Shown here: piece by piece, positions 43,378 to 55,918 of the stretch | How the letters are laid out: each line of letters begins with the position of its first letter | How positions within the stretch are numbered: position 1 is the stretch's first letter | Assembly (NCBI GenBank): GCA_964016885.1 | Contig: OZ024740.1 | Span: forward strand, 283,898,001 to 283,962,000 | Reading direction: 5' to 3' | DNA from: Eledone cirrhosa | Taxonomy: Eukaryota | Length of the DNA stretch: 64,000 nt | Program-made: the position numbers and the translations under genes | Notes under the pieces: generated by a model | The model's input: the letters and a program-made list of their open reading frames with translations, nothing else | Told to the model about the DNA's origin: nothing | The model's database searches: none

Positions 43378-43834
43378 GTGTGGGATGCTTAAAGCATCCA
43401 TATGCAGTAAGCCATTTGAGCATTCGATGCTCTTACAGAGCAGAGTATAATATCACATAAGAAACGGAGAATCAGTGGTGCGACGAATTAAAATTTATTA
43501 GACATATTACAATCCTTTCTCTGGCGACCAGCTCGAGGGGCGATTGATGTGATGATCGAACCTGACTCTGAAATCGCAAGATCCTCAGATACGTTTCCAA
43601 ATTTGGAAACTCTGCTTCGAAAAGCCGAGACGTATCTGAGGATCTTGCAATTTCAGAGTCAGGTTCGATCGTGCCTCGAGCTGGTCGCCAGAGAAACGAT
43701 TGTAATATGTCTAATAAATTTTAATTCGTCGCACCACTGATTCTCCGTTTCTTATGTGATATTGTACTCTGCTCTGTAAGAGCATCGAGTGCTCAAATGG
43801 CCTAGCGCATACCGATGCTTTAAGCATCCCACAC
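43378..43834. mobile_element. About 457-bp palindrome, inverted Penelope-like pseudo-LTR pair (family 3)
   Basis: GTGTGGGATGCTTAAAGCATC...GATGCTTTAAGCATCCCACAC with near-identical arms of about 210 bp, a hammerhead in each arm, and (TA)n on both sides. Confidence 0.72.
43629..43711 (+). ncRNA. Type I hammerhead ribozyme motif with extended stem II
   Basis: GACGTAT-CTGAGGA-TCTTGC...GCCAGA-GAAA-CGATTG-TA-ATATGTC: 7-bp stem I (one G.U), intact core, near-palindromic helix III, followed by AATAAA. Mirror copy on - at about 43501-43595. Confidence 0.8.
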
Positions 43835-43835
43835 C

Positions 43836-43887
<52 letters not shown>

Positions 43888-44363
43888 GTTAATTTTATTA
43901 AGGCTAAATAATGAGTCTTGTTACTCTGGAGCTTCACCTGTTTATCACAGGGCAAGGGGTCAGAGGATTGGGATTATAAGCCATTGTCAATGGTGTAGGA
44001 CCAAAATATTGAAGAAATATGGCCAAATATTTTCTTACTAATAACAGTTACTGTTGATATATATTTTTCATTGAACATGTGATGATCAAAGACAACTAAA
44101 TGAACATGAACAGTAACCAAAACTCATCTTTATAAATTAATGTCACTATGTATGGTAGAAGTCAGTTGTATGATGCAATCATTGTCCATGTTGCATGGCC
44201 AGCTAAGATGTTGCATCACCAAGTGTTTTAAAGTAGTATAATGCAATAATGTTTTCATATTTAATCACCCTAATCATTTACTCTTCATAAATCAAATCTT
44301 ACAGTCTTTCAGAACTATCCATTATTTATCGGCGCAAGTTTTACTATTACAACCTGAGTCATC

Positions 44364-45700
44364 ATGTCTCGTATTTGTGTAAACAATCTGGACAATTTTT
44401 ATTACATTTGTGGCAAAATATATTTTACTGCACAAAAGAGAACAATGACAAATATTGTTAGAAGAGTCTATCACCTTTATTTTGGGTGCAAAGTGGGTAA
44501 GCAATACAGGAGTTGGGTCCCGCATGCATCCTGTCACACTTGAACAACAAACCTTTGCCAGTGGTTGCAAAGAAAAAGAAAATCTATGATTTTGCATTAT
44601 CAAAAGTTTGGCATGAGCTAACTAATCACATTGGTGATTGTTACATTTGTATTGTACAACCAGCTCAGAAAGGACTTAAAGGAAAGAGGAAAGGAAATGT
44701 TGATTATGCTAATATCCCTTGTGTCAGATGCATAGTACAGCACAACAAAGAACTACCTACACCTGTGCCTCCAGAAATAATCCCCGAATTGAATGATGAA
44801 AAAGAAGACTTTGAAATACAGTTTGAAACTTCAACATCGAACAATCCAAACTTTGCTTCAAGATATCCAACAAAAATACCACACATGATAAGAAGTGAAC
44901 TAAATAATCTCATCAGAGATTTAGAGCTGCCAAAAATAAAGTAATAAAATAAGGTTACAGCAATGGAATTTGCTGGCTGATGATGCTAGAGTATACTTAT
45001 TTAGAAATTGTGATAAAGATTTTCTGACTTTTTTTTTACAAAGAATGGTAACCTTATAGGATGTTGATGGCCTTATGATGACTTTATGCCTTGACCACCA
45101 TCCAGAACAGTGGAAATTATTCATTGACTCATCAAAAGTCAGCCTTATAAGTGGTTTATTGCACATAAGCAATGAGCTACCATGAATTCTGATTGGACAT
45201 GCTGTTAATATGAAGGAAACATACAGGAACTTCGGGGAATGTCTGGTCTGTATAAATTATAATAAATACCAGTGGCACATCTGTGGTGACTTAAAAGTGG
45301 TTGCTTTGTTGAGAGTACTACAATCAGGCTACATGAAATACTGTTGTTTTTGTGTAAATGGGGCAGTCATGCAAAAGATTCTCATTACACAAGGAAAGAT
45401 TGGCCATGTCAAAAGACACTAGAACCTGGGGTAAAAAATGTTCAAAATCTGCCATCTTGTAGATGGCGAGAAAATTTTGCTGCCACCATTGCATATAAAG
45501 CCGGGGTTGATGAAAAATTTCATAAAAGCTCTAGATAAGATAGAAGAGGCTTTTCAGTATCTTGGAAGAAAGTATCCAAAACTAAGTGAAGCAAAAATAA
45601 ATGAGGTGTGATTATCAGTCCCCAAATTCATGAAATCTTAAAGGATAATGAATTTGACTGAATTCTTTTGGAAAAAGAAAAGGTAACTTGGAACAATTTT
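44364..45700 (+). pseudogene. Chapaev(3)-type (CMC superfamily) transposase pseudogene
   Basis: Frameshifted MSRICVNN..YICG, VWHELTNHIGDCYIC, WKLFIDSSKVSL, ICGDLKVVALL, ILLPPLHIK.GLMKNFIKALDK, which are motifs of this transposase family. The element probably spans about 44.0-45.97 kb. Family assignment is from motif recognition only. Confidence 0.72.
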
Positions 45701-46504
45701 TTACTAGATATGTTAGCAGACTGTTGTTCAGTTACAAGAGATGCACCTGAACGTGAATACAAGAGGCAGGCTAGGAAATCTAATATTTATGACGTATCAT
45801 TTTTGTATCGTTATCTCATCTATAAATCATAAAATATCAAATATCTAAAACAGTAGTCCTAAACCCTCAATTATTTTGTCATTTTCAAGTTCAGTGGCTC
45901 CAAAATGCATAAAGAATGTGATATTGGAGTTCCAAAGCACAAAGTTTTTGAAATTTTGTAGATCTATATAAGAGGAAGAAATGTATGGAGGTGAATATCA
46001 GAAAGACAAAGGTGATGGCAAATAGTAAAGCATTTGGTGAGATGAAAAGAACAGGAAGGTGGCCATGTGTAGTGAGCAGGAAGGGTGTTGTAGTGAACTC
46101 TATTAAATGTGTGATATGCACTGGATGGGTTCATTGGAAATGTAGTGGTCTGAAAGGATTATTAAGTGGGACATCTCGTCTAACCCATGGAAAGTAGACC
46201 TTAAACACAAATGATGCTGATATATATAAATTTATTAACAAAGCCAGTGGAATAGGGATCCATATAGCCCGGTAGTGGTAAATTGCATACCAAAATGCCC
46301 CAAGCTAAATTTAGTTTCTGCAAGTATAGCTTGATCACACATGTGCAGCTGCACCTGTCATTCACAGTGGTTATGTCATGCATATATTGTACAACAATCT
46401 CCACATTGCTTTATCAGTGGGAAAGTCCTTCTGAACATCCAGAGGCTCTCATATATCCGCCTCATAGTTCACATCTCACTTGCACACTTTGGATTCCTCT
46501 TAAA

Positions 46505-48312
46505 CCCTGTTTCTCCCTCAGTTCATCCTAGCTCTCCCTCATTTCTTTCCAGTCAATGCATGTCCTCTGCAGTCATTACTCATGTTTCTCTACCATGCAG
46601 TATTGCACTTTGCACACGGGCATCATACAGTTGTCCTTTTCTATGCAAGGAAAAAGCTTTTGTTGTCAACAGTGGTAGTAGCTCTCTAAACTTTTTTTCA
46701 TCCTATCTTTATTCTGACTATTATGCTCTCAGAGCACCCGCCTCTGCTGCTAATTAAGTCACCTAGATAGAAGCTATCAACCATTTCTGTGAGTCCTTCA
46801 TGTGATTGGAAAAGGTTTGTATCACTGACCTCTTCCCCTTGATTACCCCTGTGCATCTTTTACATACAAAGTCTTCCCTTCCTATTAGTCTACCTAATAT
46901 CCCACTACATCTCTTGTGTATCCACAATTTACATTGTGTACATCATATAGAGTTTATGCCTACTCCTTTTCTACATATTGAGCAGGGCCACTCCCCTGAG
47001 GGAATCCGGGCCTATCTTCTTTCCTACTTACTAGCACTTTAGTTTACGGTAAGTTTACGCTCAGACTTTTTTGATTTAAAATATTGTTTCCATAGTCGGA
47101 ACTTATTATCTAGTTCTTTTATGGATTCAGCTATAAGAATCAGATCATCCGTATAGAGAATTTCCCATGGACAGCCAGTCTTAAACTCCTCTGTTATAGC
47201 CTGGAGAACTATAATGAAAAGCAGTGGGCTAAGAACCGAACTAATGAACTCCTAACTGCACCTTGCATTTCTCACTAAACTCATTTCCTACACTCTCTTT
47301 ACTGACAGCTCCTCTGTACATGGTTTGCACTGCTCTCACAAGTCATCCTTCTGCACCTAATTTCCTTAAGGACAACCATACATATAACAGATCAAGGTAT
47401 TCTGTCAAAGGCATTTTCTAGATCAACAAGTTTAAAATAGCAGCTTATTTTTGGCTAGGAACTTTTCTTGAAGTTGCCTTACTAAAAAGAGAGCATCTAT
47501 ATTATTTTTACCAGGCATGAAACCAAACTGCATCTTGTCTAATTAGCTATGCTATAATTAGCTATGCTATAATTCTTCCTGTCACTTTCATAACTTGGTC
47601 CATTAGTTTTATTCCTCTACAGTTGCTCCTTTCACGAGCGTCACCTTTACCCTTTTAGCAATATATGATTGTACTGCAGTGCCAGTCATTGGGTAGGACT
47701 CTGTCATGTATTACCTGATTAACTATACCGATTACTAGTTTGACTCCTACTTCTGATGCTTTTAGCATCTCAGCAACTATTTCTGAAGGTCCTGCAGTTT
47801 TACCATTCTTCATCCCCTTGATTGTCTTTTTTACCCAATAACTGTCAACTTCAATAGCTGGTCCTTCTGTTGGGTAAGTTAGAGGTAGTCACTCCCCCTT
47901 CCGTTCATTCTCTACATTCATCAGCCTCTTATAGTAACATTTCCAGGCCTCTTTTTTTTTTTTTTTTTTTTTTTTTTATTATTTTTATTATGAGTGTACC
48001 AATGTTATTTCCAACACACATTTCCCCAACAACATCCCAATTCACACTGTCACACTGCCTTGGAATGCGGAACACTTCATATCTCTGATCCTCACATCTC
48101 AAGGCTTTGGCAAACTTTGTTTTTTCAGCCTCTCTCTAAACAGTGTATACTTGTTGAACTAGCTTCTTTCTTAGCCACCTGGTACCAGTCTTTGCTATCC
48201 CCATTTTTCCAGTCTTTCCACGCCTGTCTCTTGGCTTTAATGGCTCTATCCACTGTGCTATTCCACCACTAGGTTACCCTCTTTCTGGCTGGTGCTTTAC
48301 TCCAGTCACAAG
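46505..48312 (-). mobile_element. Degraded RTE LINE (RT region), antisense to host gene
   Basis: The reverse strand shows MQFGFMPG, DLENAFDR, LYTDDL, WPCSICRKGVG and CVQSAILHG remnants. Confidence 0.87.
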
Positions 48313-49253
48313 TTTAATATATATATTATTTCCTTTCTGTACTTTTTAGTCAATTTGTAGCATGGAGGTATATGTTCAAATATTTTAAAACAGCTCATAA
48401 ATTCAGCACTTTTCTCAGAGGCTCTAATTTGACTTAGGACCACACCATATTCTCCATAATCAGTGTATTTTGCTACCTGATTTAGTTCTTTCTTATATTA
48501 CTGAAGATCCCAATTGATTCATCACTGCACCACCATTGTTTTGTGTGTGTGTGTGTGTGCACATGCGTGTTCTCAGGTTAGCCCTGATAGAGCAGATAAA
48601 CCTATGATCGATCTGCTTGACATCAGTCATGACCATCCCATATTGTATTCAGATAGTATATCCAGGACTATCTAATGTATTTTTCCTTTTTTAAGACTGA
48701 TGGGTGTGATATTAGAGATATTTGACTATTATTTCTAGCAGGTCAATTGATTGCATAGAGAGTGCAGTCAATATAGGTTGTTTATGTGATTGTAATGGTT
48801 GTTGACATGGTAACTTTTAATGGTTGATAAAGAATGTCATTGCCAATAATGGATTGAAATATTATAGCCTGGAATTGTTTGTATTTCAAGTGAATAGAAT
48901 GTGGAATTCAGATGAAAAGGTCATGGAAGAGGGTTGTATTGTGTTGTTAGATGACCATCAGGTATTGATATTTTAAATGTGATCCATAACTGAATATTAG
49001 AAAGGAAACAAAACAAAACTTTATTGTTTCTAATAATCTTTTAGATATCTATGCTCATTGTATTCTTATTTTGCATTCCAATATCAACAAAGTCATCTGA
49101 AACAATTATGTTTGATAGCATGAATGTATTATCAAAAATATGTTTCTATATTCTTTTATTTTCTATTTCTTTCTCTGACTTTTTTTTATTTAGTTTTTGC
49201 TGTTTTGTTTTTAACTATGGTTTTTTTTTTTTGTTTTTTTTTTTCTATTTCAG

Positions 49254-49326
49254 AGGTGTCTGAAGGAAGAGAAACCTTAACTGAAGGAAGGCATGAGTTC
49301 AATTTTGCTTTTGATCTCCCAATGGG
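49254..49326 (+). CDS. ARRDC3: Alpha-arrestin coding exon 2 (73 nt)
   Basis: Long poly-T tract plus TTTCAG acceptor ending 49253. Reads (E)VSEGRETLTEGRHEFNFAFDLPM(G), the G.HEF.F.F.LP arrestin motif. Donor GTAAAT at 49327. Phases 1/2 fit exons 1 and 3. Confidence 0.92.
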
Positions 49327-50000
49327 GTAAATGTTTTGTAAATTATTATGTTAATATAAATAAAACAAACAATTTATGTAAGATTTCTTTTCATTATATC
49401 TTTTATTAGAACATTAGAAAAATATGTCCAATTCTAATACAGTCTTAGGTAAACTGCAGCCCAAAGCCACATGCAACCCATTTGGCTTTCTGAATGGCAT
49501 GCCTAATTTCAAAATTGCATTGAATTTTTTAGTAGTGCAGTCCACCTTATGATGAGCCACTGCTTGGAAAAGGTTGTGTATTTTTGGCAAGTGACTTGAT
49601 CTCAGATCATGTGTTAAAACTAGAACCATTTACACTGTGGAGGAATAATTTTGTCTTTCTAGATGTCTAAAATGAGTCTTCTATGAGAGCTTCAAGTTTT
49701 CTATTAACTCTTTGTCTAATTATGTAGTTTTTCTTCTCCAGTGATCAGTTGTTAATATTGGCAATAATTCAGTCAGTTATTTCTACAAGTTGAAAAACTA
49801 TATAGTACAAAAGATACATATTTCCAAAAACTTAGCCATATCTGCACCCATTAAAAGAAAAAGACTATGTGGACAAGGAGGTTGCTTCACATCCATGTGG
49901 TTTTTGGTTCACTCATACTGTATGACACTTTGAACAAGTGTTTTCTTGTGATGTATGTCTAGTATATAAAATTCAGTGTAACTAGTATATGGTGTGTGTG

Positions 50001-51515
50001 TCATCATCATCGTTAACATTTAATGTCTGTTTTTCCATGCTTGCATGGGTTAGACAAGTCTTTTCCAGCACAACTTCCCACCACTTGCTGCATTCCTTCA
50101 TCATCATCTCTTTGAGCTTCAGCAATTTAAGATTAGCTCTCACAACTTCTGCCTAGGTTTTCCTTGGTCTTTCTCTACTGCAGCTTCCTTTCACTAGGAT
50201 TTCTTAGCACTTCTTCAACCAAGAGTCATCATTCAAATGCATCACATATGCAGGCCAGTGCAGTCTTCTCTCTTGCACATTACAGTTAATTCCTTTTATA
50301 CATATTTTCTCTCTCTGCTCATCCATTCATCACCGTTCATGCACATTAACATTGCATATCCATTGAAGCATGCTTGCTTCATTTTACTCCAGCTTTTGCA
50401 TATCCTCTGTATTTACTGCTCATGTTTCACTACCATGCAGCATCACACATCACATACAGGCATCATACAATCAACCTTTCTTTTGTAGAGAAAATCTATT
50501 TGTTGTCAACAGGGGTAGTAGTCCCCTGAACTTTTTTCAACCTATTCTTATTCCAGCTACTATGCTCTCAGAGCAACTTCCTCCATTAGTAATTAGGTCA
50601 CCTAGGTAACAGAAGCTACTACTTCTATGGAGCCTTCTTAAGATTTGAAAAAGTTTATTTCACCAATGTACTTACTACTAACTATCACTGTATATCTGCC
50701 ACATACAAACTCTACTTTTTCTGTTAGTCTGCCTGCTATCCCACTATACCTTGCATATGCAGGATTTATATTCTGTACATTTGAACACGGCTACTACCCT
50801 GAAGGCATCAGGATCCTGTCTTCTTTCCTACTTAGTAAAACTTTTTTTGCCACGTTTACTCTAATCCTTTTTTTCACTCTTAAGATCTTTTCCTCAACTG
50901 GAATTTCTTCTCTAGCTCTTCCACAGATTTCACTATAAGAACCAAGTTGTCAGCATGCAGAAGTTCCCAATGACAGCCAGACTTAAAGTCCTTTTTTTTT
51001 TGTGGCTTAGAGAGCTATTATTAATAAGAGTGGGTCAAGAACTGAGCCCTGATGAACACCTACCTGCATATTGAATTCCACAGTAAACTCATTACCTACT
51101 CACACTTCACTGACAGCTACTCCGTACATTGCTTGCATCATTCTCACAAGCCACACTTCTACCCCTGTGTCCTTAAGGACCACCAGATCACTGTGTTCTG
51201 TCAAAGCCCTTCTTCAGATCAATAAAAGCTAGATATAACGATTTTAGCTAAGAACTTCTTGTATCTATCTCACTAAAGAGAGCACATCTGTAGTGCTGTT
51301 TCTGAGCACAAAAACAAAGTGCATCTCATCTAATTTGACTCTTTTCCTATTTAGTTGGGCTAAAACTTTTTGTTTCTTTCATATTTTAGCCAATCAGTTT
51401 CATGCCTTTGTAGTTGCTCCTTTCTAAAGTATCACCTTTACCCTTGCAACAGTTAATGAGTATATTTATATACCAGTCATTGAGTATGATCCTATCCTGT
51501 ATTACCTGATTGACT
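50001..51515 (-). mobile_element. 5'-truncated degraded RTE LINE, antisense
   Basis: (TCA)n tail at 50001, aacccatgcaagcatggaa 3' end on the - strand, RT and C-terminal remnants. Confidence 0.87.
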
Positions 51516-52275
51516 CTGCAGGTTAAGGCACATTGCTTAGCAGTTTAGATGTTAAGTTCATGATCATAATTTGATACCTGGATTGAGTGTTGCATTGTGT
51601 CCTTGAGCAAGACACTTTATTGCATGTTGCTCTAGTCCACTCAACTAAAAACAAATGAGTTGCAATGAAATCAATTCCCTTGGACAACATGAGTTGCATG
51701 GAGAGGGGTGACTGGCATGCATGTGTGTCTACAGGTCTTCTATAAAACATCTTGCCCTGGTTTGTGCTTTGGAGATGAACTCTCCTGGAGTAGACTCATG
51801 GGAAGTCATTACCAATGAAGACCTTCATATTATGGTTAAGATTGCTAAGCTTGATGTTTTATTATATCTAATTTTAATTAATATATCTTATTTAGTTCTG
51901 AGTTTTAATTCTATTATACATTAGTTTTTCCTGAGGTTTGAATTCATAACATTTAGATCAATAGTTTATAATCACTACAGGTTATGCAAATTCTGAATTT
52001 ATGGTGTGTTGTCAGAAAATGTCAGGACTGTTCACGCTGTGTGTGCAGCTGATACTCATTATTGGTAGTCAACCTGCTGAATCAGTCTATCAATTTCTAC
52101 ACAGTTTTGTAATGTTGTGTTAGAATAGCTTTGCAATTTTTATGACTAGAATTTTTTCAACATGCTGACGCTTATGTGTTTATATGTGTGTGCATGTGTG
52201 TATATATGTGTGTGCATGTGTGTATAGATTGTATACACAAGTGTAGTGACTGTTAGACGTTATTTGTTGTAGTTT

Positions 52276-52558
52276 GTCATCACCTCTTCTTTCCTCAGTC
52301 ATCTCTAGTGTGTGACGTCATCACCCCTTCCTTCCTCAGTCATTTCTAGTGCATGATGTCATCACCTCTTCCTTCCTCAGTCATCTAGTGTGTGATGTCA
52401 TCACCCCTTCCTTCCTCAGTCATCTAGTGTGTGATGTCATCACCCCTTCCTTCCTCAATCATTTCTAGTACGTGACATTGTCACCTCTTCCTTCTTCAGT
52501 CATCTCTAGTACGTGATGTCATCACCTCTTCCTTCTTCCTCAGTCACCTCTAGTGTGT
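52276..52558. repeat. Minisatellite, 7 units of 39-41 bp
   Basis: Unit GTCATCACCYCTTCCTTCCTCAGTCAT(YT)CTAGTRYGTGAY starting at 52276, 52317, 52358, 52397, 52436, 52477 and 52518. Confidence 0.93.
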
Positions 52559-52599
52559 AATGGAAGGATAGACGGATAGAAATCGCTCAAATTTATATA

Positions 52600-52935
52600 T
52601 AGGTGGCTAACAAATTTGAGTATTAATGCTTGTATGAAATTTTGCGTGAAGTTCAGCAAATCTGTTACTGAAACCTTTAAAATGTTTTGTCAGGTTTTTG
52701 ACAAATATTCATTAAATCAATAAGAAAACCTGATCAGGTATTGTGTTGCTGCGAAATTTTTGAGTCATTCTACACTTTCTATACTTGCCTGACCTAGTCC
52801 TGCTTCACCGAAAATGAAACTGAAGTCGATGGAGTACTGGTGAACTGTATATGAAATTTAAATAGGTTTGCAGGAGGCACATGACAGTTTCTTGGTGCTT
52901 TTCGAGTGTGGAGAATGTGCTGGGATCACTGTTTA
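52600..52935 (+). mobile_element. Highly degraded mariner fragment
   Basis: CMKFCVKFSKSVTETFKM N-terminus plus Y(L)PDL.P..PKMKLK-like remnant. Bounds approximate. Confidence 0.55.
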
Positions 52936-53315
52936 AAGTCTATTTTCCATGCTTGCATGGGTTAGATGGGTTGTCATGCTATGAGTCAAGTCAGGTCAAC
53001 TGACCATGTCTTGCTCATACATAACTATGAATAATATATAAACTACATTATTTACTGTAGTACTAATGTCCTTTTCATTTAGATTTGGTTCATAAATTTC
53101 CTGGTATTATCTTATATGTTAGTTTACAATAAAATAAAACTGGAAATTATTATAAAGGGTTGTGTAGAATTTCAAGTTTAGAAAAAAAATTGGTTGTAAA
53201 AATCTCATTCTATTGGTCTAAGAAAAACACTATAACAATTCAGTTCTTATGCTAGATAACATTTTGACAGCCCAATAGTGGAATTCTTGGTAATTCTTGG
53301 GAATCATTGATAAAT

Positions 53316-53546
53316 TTAATCATTTAGCATTTACATTACTCTATATATAAACTATTGTATTTTTGTGATAAAGCCTTTATCTTACATAATTATCTCACAT
53401 TATATCGAATCTATGAGATTTTGATGTTATTTATTTTGAGAACAATACCTTAACATCAGTATGAACAGCCAGTTATGGCCAGTTTGAAAAGAAAGAGGTG
53501 AGAGAATTCTGGTCGAATACGGCTAGTTTAAATGCTAAAGGGTTAA
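53316..53546. mobile_element. piggyBac-type MITE copy
   Basis: Colinear with 30211-30412 and ends in AAATGCTAAAGGGTTAA. Confidence 0.82.
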
Positions 53547-55678
53547 GTTGTTGAGAAGTGGACAATTCTGGAATAGAACCTGTATATTTGTCATCAGCAT
53601 TTCCTATTGTTGTGAGTGTTTCCAAGGTTTCTAAAATCCTGGGGCCATTCACCACTAGTGAATTTGGCCGAATGTGAACTTAAGATGCAGGTGATCAGAA
53701 CAGATACTCTAAGGTATCTTGTCCAACAATCTAACGATTCTGTTCATCCACTTCCCTGGACTCATACTTTATCAATATTGAAAGGATGAAAGGCAAAGTT
53801 TCCCTCAGTAAGATTTAACCTCAATGCAGAAAGCGAGAACAAATACTGCAAGGTACTCTATCCAATATTCTAATGATTCTGCCAATTTGCCATGTATTAC
53901 AATGGGATCATATAACTTAACTAATATCTCATCTCAGTATTTTCTGTTAATATAGAACCCTATTTTCATATTTTCATATGGTTATTCTAGGAATAGATTT
54001 TTATATGAACATGTTAGAAAACATTCTTGTTGATTTCTAAAAATCTTTATATAGCATAAAAAAGTTACATAGTTGAAAAAAATGATAATGGAATTCACAA
54101 AAAATGTTTGAGATATACCACTGAAAAACATTTTATTGTCATACACCAAGCCGTTTATTATTATCAGTTAATTCAAGGCCACATTCTGTCCAGCTTTGCT
54201 ATGATAAGAATACAGCAACTGTTTACTGAATTTTTTTTTTTTAAATTGAAGTTTTGTCTAAATAGTTTTAAGATATTTTAATATTCAAAAATATTAACAA
54301 AATACAAAATGTAAGACTTCTTAAAGTTGATAACTTGTGATGACAGAGTAAAAGTAAACATTTGTGCCAGTATATTATGTTAGCACGTATATTGGGAAGA
54401 TGGTAGATAGTTTTTGATAATTTGTTATGGTTGTAATATAGCTTTACTTTAAAAAAACATTCTTTACAACTTTGTTTCTGAATTTGACAGATATGTTATA
54501 TGAGTAAACTGCTATATTCCCATGTTCTTCATATTCTATTCCCCACTCTCAGTCTACTTGGTTAGAACATAAGTATGCCTTCTAGTTTACAGTTGTGGTA
54601 TTAGTACTAGATATAGGGTAAAAATATTGCAAATATAAAACATTTGCTTTGAGAACACATGGACATTTTTAGATTTTGTCAGCTCATCTATGCCTATTAA
54701 GATAACAAATAAATATTTAAAATAAAATAGCATGATTAAGAAGCTCATTTTACATTTTACATTTGATCTCAATGTATACCACCTTTGGCAAGTGTCTTCT
54801 ACTACAGCCATGGGTTGACTAATTACTTTGATAGACATAAACTTTTCAGAAGCCTGTTATATATTTACACACACACACACAATCATCGTTTTACATCTGC
54901 CTTCCATACTGGGATGGATGGATCTAAGTAAGCTTGTATTTTGGTGTAATTACCTTCTTAGATAAGTAGACCACCTCTCATTCATATATTTCATTTTTCT
55001 TATAGTTTCTACAGCTGGATGTCCTTTTTAACACCAGTTACTTAACAGAATATACTGAGTTCAATTAATCATGATACAAACGTGAGAGAGATTGTAATAT
55101 CTTGAATGTGGCTAAGTCCTCTCTACATTGTGTTGTTTCCGTTCTATTGCTAGCCATATTAGAAAGTGAACTGGGTACATTTCATTGACACCAACCCTAT
55201 AGAAGTTCTTTGCACCACCCACCTTTTATTTGTTAGGTATGGAGGAAGGACTACTGTTCATGACTGTTACAGGCCTTCTGAGACCAGTAAGATTGATGAC
55301 ATTGATGTTTCGTTTAAACTGTTACATGTTGGCAACTCTAGGAAAGATACAATCAAGGCGAGTGGTTCCAAAGGACTAATGTTGTTGGCAAAAATGACTG
55401 GCCACAGTCATAAACAATCATAAATTAGTGGGTCATAAACAAAGAAAAGACAAGCTAGTTGAGAGTACCCGAGTGAAGCCAGTACAAGACCAGGCAGCTC
55501 CAGAGATCAGATGCCACTGTAGAAAAAGCAGATGCTGGGGCATATTTGAAAATATCTCATTATGCCAGTTAGCTAAGTGGCTTTTTTTAATGTAGTCTAG
55601 AATGTCTGTGTGCAGCCATGTGGTCTATAATGTCTAAAAGACTAAAGAGTTGTCTCTACTCTAGATAGTGTCTGTTCC

Positions 55679-55918
55679 TTAACCCTTTTGTTACCAGCCC
55701 AGTTGATACTGACTCTGATTCCATGACATAAAATCACCCATTTTAAATGTTTCCATTTTAAATTAAAACCTTCCAACATAATTTAATATAAGAACCTTGC
55801 ATTAAGTTATAATCTTAGTAATAAAATAATTGATAATTTTAGTAAATCCCTAAAACTTCTTCATTAACTAATTGAAATAGACTGTATTTCATTAGAAATT
55901 TTGTCATGAAAGAGTTAA
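55679..55918. mobile_element. Second TTAA-flanked MITE family
   Basis: TTAACCCTTTTGTTAC...CATGAAAGAGTTAA, with a diverged inverted copy at about 56710-56935. Confidence 0.65.

Noticed and set aside
52276-52558. Possible CRISPR array or tandem hammerheads (CTGAGGA on the - strand)
   Set aside because: Units are contiguous with no unique spacers, the context is eukaryotic with no cas genes, and there is no properly placed GAAA, stem III or stem I.
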